Notes under the pieces: generated by a model
Told to the model about the DNA's origin: nothing
The model's database searches: none
What the model saw: only the letters and a program-made list of their open reading frames with translations
From: Chrysomallon squamiferum
Taxonomy: Eukaryota; Animalia; Mollusca
Assembly: GCA_012295275.1 (NCBI GenBank)
Contig: CM022669.1
Location: 17,484,001-17,548,000 of the forward strand
Length of the DNA: 64,000 nt
Direction: 5' to 3'
Shown: positions 49,534-63,026 of the stretch, in pieces
Layout: every line of letters starts with the position of its first letter
Position numbering within the stretch: the first letter of the stretch is position 1
Made by a program: the position numbers and the translations under genes

Positions 49534-49974
49534 TAAAACAAATAAGAAGTTACTGTATTTCCAGTTATATTATTTTTATTATCAGCAATGCTTATTTTTT
49601 TTATTATATTAAAGTACATTTCAGGGCGTTTTGGTAAATTAATACCACTCCAACCCCACCCCAAAAAATAAAATATAAGAATAAATTAAAATAATAATAA
49701 TAATAATAATAATAAAAAAGTAAGACGAAGAAGAAGAATAAAACTAATAAAACGAAAAATAAAATAAAATATAATAAAAAAATAAATTAAAATTAATTAA
49801 AATGAAAAAAATAATAAAATAAGTAAAAAAATCATTTAAAACATAAATAAAATATAAATAAAATATAAATAAATAAATAAAATCAAGAGTCCATAATCTA
49901 ACTTACTGTAAAAATAAAAATAAAAAATAAAATAAATTAAATAAATAAATAAAACTAAATAAAATAAATAATTT

Positions 49975-50047
<73 letters not shown>

Positions 50048-50452
50048 ATAATAATAAAAATAAGTAAAAATATAATTTAATAAATAAATGAAATATGAGA
50101 GAGACATACAGAGAGAATTAAATGAATTAAAAAAATAATAATAAAAATTATAATTAAAAAAGTAAATAAAAATAATTTCGAAAATGAAATAAAATTAAAA
50201 TAAATACATACATATACATATTAAGAAGATCAAATACAATCAAGAGCCCATAATCTAAATTACCGTCCAACAGCATCGAAACAACAAATAATGAAACTCT
50301 TTAATCAAAAACATCATTCCATGACTTATTGTATTGAAATGTTCCGATTATTACAGTTCTTTCGCTAACAAAACCCGACTACATCATCTACTCTTTTTAT
50401 CACATAATACAGTATAATATTTAGTGACAAATAAACTGCTTATCTTTAAACG

Positions 50453-51394
50453 TCAATAACACTGTTTAGGTACAAAAATCGTTCTAAGTGTTGTGCTTCC
50501 AATTTTCAGAGTCTCTCTAATAAATTCTGAATTAGTTATTTTATGACGGAAGACAAAAGGGAAAAAATCGTACAACTGACTGCAAGCAACGGAAACAGTC
50601 TTTTGTCGTTTGATATTTTTATGCATGTAAGTCACGGTTACACACTGGTTAACATTATAAAATGTAGTTACCAGTTTTTCTCTTCTACAAGGTACGGGGA
50701 AGTATCTGTTATCAAAAAAACGTAACTGAAGCGGATATATGATATCCTTTGTGTACACAAACTTTTTCACGCAGCTATGGGAACCGAAAATATGAGTGAA
50801 ATTTTCCTTGAAGAAAAATATGTCTATGAATGGAAATTTGTAGTTCCTCCGAACTCCTTCAGGAAGATCATTCATGAAAAATTTCCACGTGCTGTCATGT
50901 TCCGAATGTACACGATATCCAGGGACACTTCCAAAAATCCTTTTAAATTTGTTTAAATCTGATGTTACAACGACCACATCGATGTCGTCATCCCACGGGG
51001 TAATTCCATGATGTCTGTAAGATCCTAAGAGAGATCCGTCCCACAAAAAGCAAGTCAAGTTAGCTTTGCGACAAGTCTCCATGAATTTATCAAAAGTAAG
51101 AAGCAACATCACTTGATCTTTCAGAGAGACTATGGGGAAGAACTATCTGAGTTCTGTCTCGTTTATCAAGATTTCTTTGTTTGGAAGATACCAAGAGCCC
51201 ATTGTTTGAATATCTGTCGAGAAAGGAACCTTTACATCATTTCCTGTTAGAAAATCTTTTCTCTGAGAAAGGCTGATACTATCTTGGATAACACTCAGGA
51301 TATCAACATAGTTAACGTGTTGGAAATACAGGTATCCAATTAGATATAATAATACGAACATTCCACCAATTATGAAAAAATATTCTCTTCCCAT
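50453..51394 (-). pseudogene. LicD-family copy 6 (class A) with premature stop
   Basis: Full-length 313-codon frame with GAG>TAG at 51143-51145. The 5' UTR donor is GT>CT at 51682-51683. Confidence 0.85.
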
Positions 51395-53126
51395 TTTTAT
51401 AGTTCTGATACTTTGAAATGAAATAAAACTGAAGATTCCTCGAATTATTGTGTGATAAGAGATTAACCGAAATAGGTATTCTCTCGAAGATAATTGTGAA
51501 ATATGTGAAAATATCAGTTGTTTTTGTCGCGGCTCTTATTGCGATACTTGATCGATGTCCTGTGTGATATTTCTAAATAAAGAGAAATAAATACAAATAA
51601 ATTAGTCAGCGAAACAGGCAGATATATATTTCAAGATAACAATAAATTTAAGTAAGTTTTGTTCATGTCTGAACCTATGTTAGCTTAATTATAACTTTTC
51701 CTTCAGTGACATAGATATGATATAGGACCTTTTGAGTAATGACTGGATATAGCTTACATAAAACAGCCAGTCGTTACCAAGAGGGATTTCGTTAGGTTTG
51801 TACGATTAGCTTCCATATGTAATGAAGCCATGTCATTCAGATCATTTTACCACAAATCTTCAACCTTACTGTCAGACGGTGTAATCCAAAACTATTGATT
51901 TTTTTTTAAAATTTATTATGTTTTTAAAATTGTTATTCGCTTTCAGAGCAGTACAAAATTTCATTAGTCTACTTTTCACATATTTATTGATTAAAGCTGA
52001 ATAAAGGTATCTAGTACTTTCTAGTCACTTCTTGAATGTACTCTATCTACCGTTAACTTGAGATATTTGAATGTAACGTGCTTGATTACATTGATACTAA
52101 TTATCCGGCCAGAAGGCAATCTTGATGTAAAACATCGTTAGATATTATGTTTTTTTTATAATACTTTATTCAGAATTATCATATTATTGTATTGTGTTTT
52201 CAAACCAGTATAGCGATGCCAACCCTTGATTTAAGATTACACAGAACAAAATACATATATTTTCAAACTAGTACAGTGCAAACGAGAAGTTTTATTTTAA
52301 AGAATGTCAAATATGTTTATTATAAAGTGTTGTTTATTTTTCTCGCAGCTGAAGAAAAAATATCACTTGCTGCTTTACAAATTTAAATATAAGTCGGCAG
52401 TTCACATATATTAGATAAATACAATGAAAGAAACATGCGTTTTTGAATGCTATTATAATGTAGGACAGGAATATTATTTTAATTTTTCGTGAACCTAAAT
52501 ATGTTATTGTTTTTATATTTTATTTAACAAACGACTTAAAGCACTTAAGGAAACTACATACACATCTTCCTGGCGCTTTTGACAACAATTCGTTGAGGTT
52601 CTCCAGATACTGAAAAGGTTCTATGTGTGTTTTACATCAAAAAATTAAATATTTTTCACAACTTACAAATTTATTTTGTTAACATGTATTTATTACTACC
52701 AGACTCTATGCGTAAATTAAGATGAGATTTTTTTTTTTTTAAAAAGAAGATACTACTAATATATACTAAACGATACTGCGACAATGAAATAGGAAACATT
52801 GCTAACACGATGGCCTACTTATTTTTATAATCAGCGTTATTTACTTTTATAGCCCTCTTTTATGTACAAAACCTCCCAAAACATAACTAATACTTTTGTA
52901 TTATTATGCAGATTAAAAAAAAATAAGAAAAGAAAAATAAGAAAAGAATAGAAAAGAAAAAAAGAAAGAAAAATGAAATACACAAAGAAAACTACATAAT
53001 GTAACAAAACTATCCGTCACCTTAAAAAGAATAAAATAAAATAACAAACTCGCCAACATAGACATTTTAATTATAATGACCTGTTCCGAATATTATAGTT
53101 CCTACGGTGTCAGTCAGTAGCTTACT

Positions 53127-54079
53127 TTAATAACACTGTTTAGGTAGAGAAATTGTTCTCAGTGTTGTGTTTCCAATTTTCAGAGTTTCTCGCTTGTATC
53201 CTGTACGAGCTTCGTTCTCACGGAACACAAAAGGGAAGAAATCGTACAACTGGCTGCAATCAACGGAAACACTTTTTTGTCCTTTGTTCTCTTTATGCAG
53301 ATAACCCATGGTTACACACTTCTTTACGTTATAAAACGTAGTTACTAGTTTTTCTCTTCTACAAGGTACGGGGGCATATCGGTTTTCAAAAAGACGTAGT
53401 TGAAGCGGATATATAATATCTTTTGTGTACACAAACTTTTTCACACAACTGTGAGAACCAAAAATATGAGTGGAATTTTCCTTGAAGAAAAATATATCCA
53501 TGAATGGAAATTTGTAGCTCACTCCTATCCCAGAAGGGAGATCCTTCATGTAAAACTTCCACGTGCTGTCATGTTCCGAGTGAACGCCATAACCAGGGAC
53601 ACTTCCAAAAATCCTTTTTATTTTGTCCAAATCTGATGTTACGATGACGACATCGAGGTCGTCATCCCAGGGATAATTCCATGATGACGGTAAGATCCTA
53701 AGAGATCTCCGTCCCACAAGAAACAAGTGAGGTTAGCTTTGCGACAAGTCTCCATGAATTTGTCAAAAGTCAGAACCATCAGTACCTGGTCCTTTGGTGA
53801 GAGTATAGGGAAGAACTGTCTAAGTAAAGTATTGTTCATCAAGCGGTCTTTACTAGGAAGATACCAAGCGCCCATTATTTGCTGATCTTTCGTGAATGGA
53901 ATATTTATATAATTTCTTTGTTCATCAATGGATGGAGAATCTTTTCTCTGAGAAAGGCTGATACTATCTTGGATAACATTCAGGATATTAACATAGTTAA
54001 GGTGTTGGAAATACAGGTATCCAATTAGATATAATATTACGAACATACCAGCAATTATGAAACAAGTTGCTCTTCCCAT
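53127..54079 (-). pseudogene. LicD-family copy 7 (class B) with 1-nt frameshift, or an assembly indel
   Basis: Three G at 53670-53672 where copies 2, 4 and 5 have four; the frame breaks at GIIP|WDDDLD. Confidence 0.75.
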
Positions 54080-56866
54080 TCTTATAGTTCTGATACTTTG
54101 AAATGAAATAAAAGTGAAGACTCTTCGAATTATTATTCAATGATAGTGAATATGTCGAATATGTTTTTCAGTTATATGAAAATATCAGTTGTTTCTGTCG
54201 CGGCTCTTATTGCGATACCTGATCGATGTCCTGTGTGATATTCTAAATATAGAGAAATAAATGCAAATAAATCAGTCAGTCAAACTAGCACAAGTATATT
54301 TTAGAATAAGAATAAATTTAAGTAAATTCCGTAAATGTCTGGACCTGTCTTACCTTGATTATAACTTTTTTTCCATAGATAAGATATAAGTCTGTTCATT
54401 AATGATTGGATAGATCTTATCCGAAACAGCCAATCGTTACCAAACCGGAATGTCGTTAGGTAAATATCATTATGTTGGTAACGTAACAAGGCCAGGTTAT
54501 TTTATCTATAAATTTTCAGATTTTTTATCAGCAGATAGTATAATGAAAAACAATCGAGCTTTTTAGCCGCATTCAGAGCAGTACATATTTTTAATTATTT
54601 AATTTCCACATATTTATGATTAAAGTTCAATAAACAATTCTGGTACACAAGAAAACCTCTTTTTTATAAGTGAGCATTTTACATTACATTACGTTACCAA
54701 CAGTTAGATTTTTCAATAAAAAGTGAATTACGTCACAAATCAGATTTTCCAAAAAACTATTACGTTTTGAAATCAGAATGAATTGCTTTAAAAGTATATA
54801 TAATTTTTGGATTTCAAATGTTATTTTAAGTTTCAGTTACAGTGACCTAACTTCTTAAGCTAAATTGTGAAAATAAAATTTCTTCTTGAAAATTTACGCT
54901 CTTGAATGAGACACTGAAATATCCATCTTCAAGTGAAGTCATGAAATTACTGACTGCAATCTATTAAACTGCTACAGATCAGAAATATGGATCGATTTGA
55001 TTCTGGTATTAAAAACACGGCCAACCACCCGGTATTTGTTTTGTTATTATTATTATTATTATTATTTCATATTTTTACTCAAACATTAACTCGGACTGTA
55101 TGCTTTTCACGTACGTCTGGTAAATAGTTATTACACATGAAATGTTATCTTGTAAAATTAAAGCTCTGATTTGCCATTTGTGTGAAAAAACATCTCTTCA
55201 GATGTTTATATAAGTTTATTAGATATGTATGTATGTGTGTATCTTTATGTATGTATCTACGTAGGTATGTACATAGGTGTGTATGTGCGGATATATATGA
55301 GTATGAATGTACGTGTATTTGAGTGCATGTCAGTATGTGTGCTTCTCGGTAAGGTGAGTGTATGGTTACATCGGTTCAAAACAGTAAATCCACTCGTCAT
55401 ATTGACATGTTTATAGAGGACTGTTAGTATGATAACCCAGTTCTCTACAAACAGCCTTGATCGAAACACTTCACAGAGTTTTAATCTTCAAATGAAAACT
55501 ATTCTAGTAATATTTTAAGGAATGTGATTTTCTAACCTTTAGGAATAGACAATACATACTTAAAGTCTGAAAATGAATCATCAAATTAAGTATTTATTAA
55601 AATACCGTCCCATTTCTCACGAAACCTGAGAAAATACAATTTCCTCTTTTAGACTTGCCCTCTTAGATGATTTTATTGTTTATAATGAGTCATGCTACTG
55701 ATATACTGACACTTAGCCTTTCAGTGTGAATCAGTTTCGATCGGCACAATCTGTGATCTTCGCATTTATTTCTTATCGCTGATGCGTAATGCTACATACA
55801 TTCAGTAGCGTGGTATTGTGTCTACGAATGGTCATATCAAAAACAACAACGATTCATATCTTTTCCCTTTTAAAATTTATTTATACAAGATTCTACCGAT
55901 AAACTTTTATTTTTCTAATACCTGTTTAGCTGCACGTTTACAGATACGTGTACTGTCTTGATAGAAAGCAGACCAACTTCTTGGTCTTCCGCCCGTTATC
56001 GTTTGATTTGTTGTAAAATTTTATATCAGATATAACACAGCTCAGAGTACATGTAATATCTGAAAATGATAATAAACGATTAGAAAATACAAAATTAAAA
56101 CTAAGATTACAGACTGATCATTAAGACATTCACCGATTTTTCTTTCTCTTCTTGTTACGTAAATATTAATTGTAACAAATATCAAATTTATCTATTTCCT
56201 GAAATAAAGAAATATTTTATTTACCAAAACATTTTGTTAAATTAATGTCGTACACATGATTAGTGTGTATATGGAGAACGAAAGAGAAAATACGCGATGG
56301 TCTCTTTTTTCCATTAGCGGCAATGTTTCTGTTCATGAACCTTCAATTAGACAGGAAATCACAGAAACAGGTTCAGGGTGCCAACAACACAGAAATTAAA
56401 TTACGTGACAAATAAGAACAAATGAAAGAATGAACTAAACAGATTTAAATTAGGTTCCGAAGAAGACGTCTGGCTGTATATTTCCCTGTAATAAAAACTA
56501 TAATCAAATAAATTACAGGTAAGGTAAAAAGTCTGGTGGTGTCTTTATTTCTTTAAACGGTGAACATCATGTGGAGTTTTCTCTTCTATATATGCTTATG
56601 TATAACATACAGTAAATGTTGTTGTATTCATATTAAATAACAGCCGAAACAGAACAATCTTTCTATTTTCTCATGCCTTCACTCTAATGATTAATTCTTT
56701 TTAATAATGACAATATCTTTATAATTATTCATTTTATTTATAAAGAAGATAAGGTCCCTTCTTGCAAGGGAAGTTACAGCAAATTCCATGTTTTATTGCA
56801 ATGTTTTATTGTTCTATCGGTTTTAGCATCTGATGGCATCATGGACTTTTCCATCATAAGAAAAAA

Positions 56867-56906
56867 CTAATAACATTGTTTAGGGAGAGAAATTGTTCTC
56901 AGTGTT
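56867..56906 (-). pseudogene. C-terminal remnant (TLRTISLPKQCY-stop) of a class C copy with its 3' flank
   Basis: CTAATAACATTGTTTAGGGAGAGAAATTGTTCTCAGTGTT, preceded by class C downstream sequence and then abruptly truncated. Confidence 0.8.
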
Positions 56907-57872
56907 ATGCTGAATAAACGTATCTAGTTCCATAAGACAAGAAATACCTTTTTTTCATAAGTAAGTATGATTATATTACAAGTTAGCAACAATAAGGTTT
57001 TTCAGTAAAACTATTTTTTAAATGAGATTACTGACTTCATACAAAACAAATAAGAAATTACTTAATTTCCAATGATATTATTTTTATTATCAACAATCTT
57101 TATTTTTCTATTGCATGAAAGTATATTTTAGGGCGTTTTGGTAAATTAATACCTTCAACCCCCCCCCCCCAGAAACTCAAGTCAGTACAGGACTGTTATT
57201 TTTATTTTTCGTGAACCAAAATATGTTATTGTTTTAATATTTTATTTAACAAACGACTTAAAGCACTTAAGGAAACTACATACACATCTTCCTGGCGCTT
57301 TTGACAACAATTCGTTGAGGTTTTCCAGATACTGAAAAGGTTCTATGTGTGTTTTACATCAAAAAATTAAATATTTTTCACAACTTACAAATTTATTTTG
57401 TTAACATGTATTTATTACTACCACACTCTATGCGTAAATTAAGATGAGATATTTTTTTTTTTAAAAGAAGGTACAACGAATATATACTAAACGATACTGC
57501 GACAACGAAATAGGAAACATTGCTAACACGATGGCCTACTTATTTTTATAATCAGCGTTATTTATTTTTTTAGCCTTCTTTTATGTACAAAACCTCCCAA
57601 AACATAACTAATACTTTTGTATTGTTATGCAGAATTAAAAAAAAAAAAAGAAAAAAAGAAAAATAAGAAAAGAAAAGAAAAGAAAAAAAGAAAGAAAAAT
57701 GAAATACACAAAAAACGCTACATAATGTAACAAAACTATCCGTCACCTTAAAAAAAAATAAAATAAAATAAAATAAAATAAAATAAAAAACAAACTCGTT
57801 AATATAGACATTTTAATTATAATGAACTGTTCCGAATATTATATTTCCTACGGTGTCAGTCAGTAGCTTACT

Positions 57873-58814
57873 TTAATAACATTGTTTAGGTAGAGAAATT
57901 GTTCTCAGTGTTGTGTTTCCAATTTTCAGAGTTTCTCGCTTGTATCCTGTACGAGCTTCGTTCTCACGGAACACAAAAGGGAAGAAATCGTACAACTGGC
58001 TGCAATCAACAGAAACACTTTTTTTACCTTTGTTCTCTTTATGCAGATAACTCATGGTTACACACTTCTTTACGTTATAAAACGTAGTTACTAGTTTTTC
58101 TCTTCTACAAGGTACTGGGGCATATCGGTTTTCAAAAAGACGTAGTTGAAGCGGGTATATGATATCCTTTGTGTACACAAACCTTTTTACACAACTGTGA
58201 GAACCAAAAATATGAGTGGCATTTTCCTTGAAGAAAAATATATCCATGAATGGAAATTTGTAGCTCACCCCTATCCCAGAAGGGAGATCTTTCATGTAAA
58301 ACTTCCACGTGCTGTCACGTTCCGAGTGAACGCCATAACCAGGGACACTTCCAAAAATCCTTTTTATTTTGTCCAAATCTGATGTTACGATGACGACATC
58401 GAGGTCGTCATCCCAGGGTGTAATTCCATGATGACGGTAAGATCCTAAGAGAGCTCCGTCCCACAAGAAACAAGTGAGGTTAGCTTTGCGACAAGTCTCC
58501 ATGAATTTGTCAAAAGTCAGAACCATTAGTACCTGGTCCTTTGGTGAGAGTATAGGGAAGAACTTTCTAAGTAAAGTATTGTTCATCAAGCGGTCTTTAT
58601 TAGGAAGATACCAAGCGCCCATTATTTGCTGATCTTTCGTGAATGGAATCTTTACATCATTTCCTGTTGGAGAATCGTTTCTCTCAGAATGACTGATACT
58701 GGGTTGGATAACATTCAGGATATCAGCATAGTTAAGTTGTTGGAAATACAGGTATCCAATTAGGTATAATATTACGAACATACCAGCAATTATGAAATAA
58801 GTTGCTCTTCCCAT
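57873..58814 (-). CDS. LicD/fukutin-family phosphotransferase, copy 8 (class B)
   Basis: 313-aa ORF; WDGALLGSYRHHGITPWDDDLD; putative 5' UTR intron 58992-59102 (AAG|GTAAGA). Confidence 0.9.
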   Translation of the reverse strand: MGRATYFIIAGMFVILYLIGYLYFQQLNYADILNVIQPSISHSERNDSPTGNDVKIPFTKDQQIMGAWYLPNKDRLMNNTLLRKFFPILSPKDQVLMVLTFDKFMETCRKANLTCFLWDGALLGSYRHHGITPWDDDLDVVIVTSDLDKIKRIFGSVPGYGVHSERDSTWKFYMKDLPSGIGVSYKFPFMDIFFFKENATHIFGSHSCVKRFVYTKDIIYPLQLRLFENRYAPVPCRREKLVTTFYNVKKCVTMSYLHKENKGKKSVSVDCSQLYDFFPFVFRENEARTGYKRETLKIGNTTLRTISLPKQCY

Positions 58815-61800
58815 TTTTATAGTTCTGATACTATGAAATGAAATAAAATTGAAGGCTCTTCGAATTATTATTCAATGATAGTGAAACAGAAACAGGTATT
58901 CTCTCGAATATGTTTTTCAGTTATATGAAAATATCAATTGTTTCTGTCGCGGCTCTTATTGCGATACATGATCGATGTCCTGTGTGATATTCTAAATATA
59001 GAGAAATAAATACAAATAAATCAGTCAGTCAAACTAGCACATGTATATTTTAGAATAAGAATAAATTTAAGTAAATTCCATAAATGTCTGGACCTGTCTT
59101 ACCTTGATTATAACTTTTTCTCCATAGATAAGATATAAGACTGTTCAATAATGATTGGATATAGCTTATCCGAAACAGCCAATCGTTATCAAACTGGAAA
59201 GTCGTTAGGTAAATATCATTATCTTGGTAACGTAATAAGGCCAGGTTATGTTATATATAAACCTTCAGATTTTTTATCAGCAGATGGTATAATGAAAAAC
59301 AATCGAGCTTTTTAGCCGCATTCAGAGCAGTACATATTTTCATTTATTTAATTTCCACATATTTATGATTAAAGTTGAATAAACAATTCTGGTACACATG
59401 AAAACCTCTTTTTTATAAGTGAGCATTTTACATTACATTACGTTACCAACAGTTAGATTTTTCAATAAAAAGTGAATTACGTCACAAATCAGAGTTTCAA
59501 AAAATCTATTACATTTTGAAATCAGAATGAATTGCTTTAAAAGTATATATAATTTTTGGATTTCAAATGTTATTTTAAGTTTCAATTACAGTGACCTAAC
59601 TTCTTAAGGTAAATTGTCAAAATAAAATTTCTTCTTGAAAATTTACGCTCAAGTGAAGTCATGAAATTACGGACTACAGTCTATTAAACTGCTACAGACC
59701 AGAAATATGTTTCGATTTGATTCTGGTATTAAAAACACGGCCAACAACCAGGTAAATTGTAGAAATACGATTTGTTCAGATATCTATAGCCTTTCGATAT
59801 GAGAATGATTTATTTTCGAACGTATATATAGTTATATTTTCAAATTTTTAATGTCTTTTAATTAGAATTAGTACATCTTAATTACAGTACCACGTACCTT
59901 TTAGAAGTAAATTCTAGAAATACGATTAGTTCTTGAAAACGTACGCACTTTGACGCGTCTGTGATAGTTTTCTCGTACTGATACTACAAATGAAGCCACG
60001 TCTGTGTTGAACTGTTACAGATCACAACTTTGTTACCTCTGTACTGTGATATTAAGAACAGCGCCAGTCCGTATGCCGGCTGTTTTGAAATTATTACCTG
60101 GAATACGCAAAATTTAGTTTACTTCAGCGAATTTCAAGAGACCACAAGGTTATGTATTTGAAAGAGCTTGCAACATATATTGTGCATTTCATCAGTACTG
60201 AAGAATTTTACATAATGTAATTAATAATCATCTGTAACATTAGATATAGTATATCGATAATAATTACACTGAATATCAAGATTCTTTCGAATGTGTGTTT
60301 CAGTTGTATGAAAATATCAATGTTTACGTCGGTATAACCGACTCTCTATTGCGATACCTGATCGATGTCCTGTGTAATATTTCTGAGTAAACAGAAATAA
60401 ATACAAATAAATTAGTCAATCAAACAAGCACATGTATATTTTAAAATAAGAATAAAATTAAGAAAATTCCGTTAACGTCTCAACCTGTGTTACCTTGATT
60501 ATAACTTTTCCTTCCACTGACAGAGATATAGAATAGGACTGTTCAGTAATGATTGGATAGAGCTTACATGAAACAAGCCGGATTGTCGTTAGGCAAATAT
60601 GGTTGGCCAGGTCATTCACATAATTTATCCAAATATCTTCAACTTTACTGACAGATGATGTAATGAAAAACATTCAAGCTTTTTAGCCGCTTTCAGAACA
60701 GTACACAATTTCATCCTTTTTAATGATTAAAGTTGAATAAACGTATGTAGTATCAGTACACATGAAAACTTTTTATTATAAGTGAGTATAATTACATTAC
60801 TATAAGTTACCAGCAATAAGGTTTTTCTATAAAACATGAATTATATTATAAATTCGATTTTTTGAAATGAGAATGGATTCTTTTAAAAATACATATAAGT
60901 CGATTTTCAAATGTTATATTTAAGTTAATTTAAGTTTCACTTACAGTGACCTAACTTTTAAAGGTAAATTGTGAAAATGAAATTTCTTCTTGAAAATTTA
61001 CCCTTTTTGATGAGACACTGAAACATCCGTCTTCAAGTGAAGTCACGTCATGGAACTACTGTTAGAAAACGGGAATATGGCTCGATTTGATTCTGATACT
61101 AAAAACACGACCTAACCAACCAACCCCCGTATTTGTTTTAAAATACCAAACTTAATTTAGATAAAACAAAAAGGTCGGCAGAGTAAAAAGTGGTCAATGT
61201 TCGAAATTGCGAGCAGCGTATGCTATGTATTACATATATATATACATGTATGTGTTTATAATTATGTATGTATATGTGTTCAGTGTGTACATGTATGTAT
61301 GTACTTACATATGTAGTTTACGATTTTGAATATTCTGTCTGATGTACGTCTGATTAGACTCTGCACGTAGACGATATTCAGGAACGTACTGGCGTAGGAG
61401 GACAAAGTCCAATGACGACGTCAGAAACCTCGTCAGATGCCGCTGATGAAACTCCGTATGTATGGCATCCTTTCGCCCGCACTCCGAAGGCGCAGGAATA
61501 TATGCAGTCCCAGTTAGGACTATATTTCAGAACCAATTAAATGTAATTAAAAAGTACAATTAGAAAATACAAAACTGCAGGTAGATCATTGAAACATTCA
61601 TCGTTTTTCACATCTACTAATTGAACTTATTCTGTCGTGGTTTTCCTGTTTTTACACTACATTACTTCATACAAAACAAATAAGAAATTACTATATTTCC
61701 AGGTAAATTATTTTTATTACAAACATTTTTTTTTTTTTTTTTTTTTTTTTTTCATTATATGAAAGTACATTTCAGAGCGTTTAGGTAAATTAATACCTCA

Positions 61801-62075
61801 AAAACGAAAAAAAAAAAAAAAAAACTACAAAAAAATAACAATAATAATTAAAAATAAATAAATAAATAAGTAATAATAATAATAAAATAATATAAAAATA
61901 ATAAAATAAATAAATAAAATAAAATAAAACAGAAAATAAAATAAGAACTTAAAAAATATAAAAAAATAAAAATAAATAAATACATATAGTACATATAAAG
62001 AAGAACGAATACAATCAAGATTCCGTTATCTAAAATTAGTGTAGAAAAAAAAATTCTTAGAGATAAAAAAATAAT

Positions 62076-62141
<66 letters not shown>

Positions 62142-62172
62142 AAGAAATAAATTAAAATAAAATAAAATTAAC

Positions 62173-62219
<47 letters not shown>

Positions 62220-62306
62220 TAATAAAATGAAACAATTAAAAAATAAATACATATAATGAACTGTTCCGAATATTATATTTCCTATGGTGTCAATCAGTAA
62301 CTTACT

Positions 62307-62444
62307 TTAATAACATCGTTTAGGGAGAGAAATTGTTCTGAGTGTTGTGTTTCCAATTTTCAGAGTTTCGCGCTTGTATCCTGTTCGAGCTTCGTTCTCA
62401 CGGAACACAAAAGGGAAGAAATCGTACAACTGGCTGCAATCAAC
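62307..62444 (-). pseudogene. Duplicated last 46 codons of copy 9
   Basis: VDCSQLYDFFPFVF...LPKRCY-stop, one substitution versus 63027-63164; part of tandem duplication 61692-62444 / 62445-63164. Confidence 0.85.
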
Positions 62445-62820
62445 TATATTTCCAGTTAAATTATTTTTATTACAAACATTTTTTTTTTCTTTTGTTTTTT
62501 TTTCATTATATGAAAGTACATTTCAGAGCGTTTAGGTAAATTAATACCTCAAAAAAAAAAAAAAAAAAAACTACAAAAAATAACAATAATAATTAAAAAT
62601 AAATAAATAAATAAGTAATAATAATAATAAAATAATATAAAAATAATAAAATAAATAAATAAAATAAAATAAAACAGAAAATAAAATAAGAACTTAAAAA
62701 ATATAAAAAAATAAAAATAAATAAATACATATAGTACATATAAAGAAGAACGAATACAATCAAGATTCCGTTATCTAAAATTAGTGTAGAAAAAAAAATT
62801 CTTAGAGATAAAAAAATAAT

Positions 62821-62858
<38 letters not shown>

Positions 62859-62889
62859 AAGAAATAAATTAAAATAAAATAAAATTAAC

Positions 62890-62939
<50 letters not shown>

Positions 62940-63026
62940 TAATAAAATGAAACAATTAAAAAATAAATACATATAATGAACTGTTCCGAATATTATATTT
63001 CCTATGGTGTCAATCAGTAACTTACT

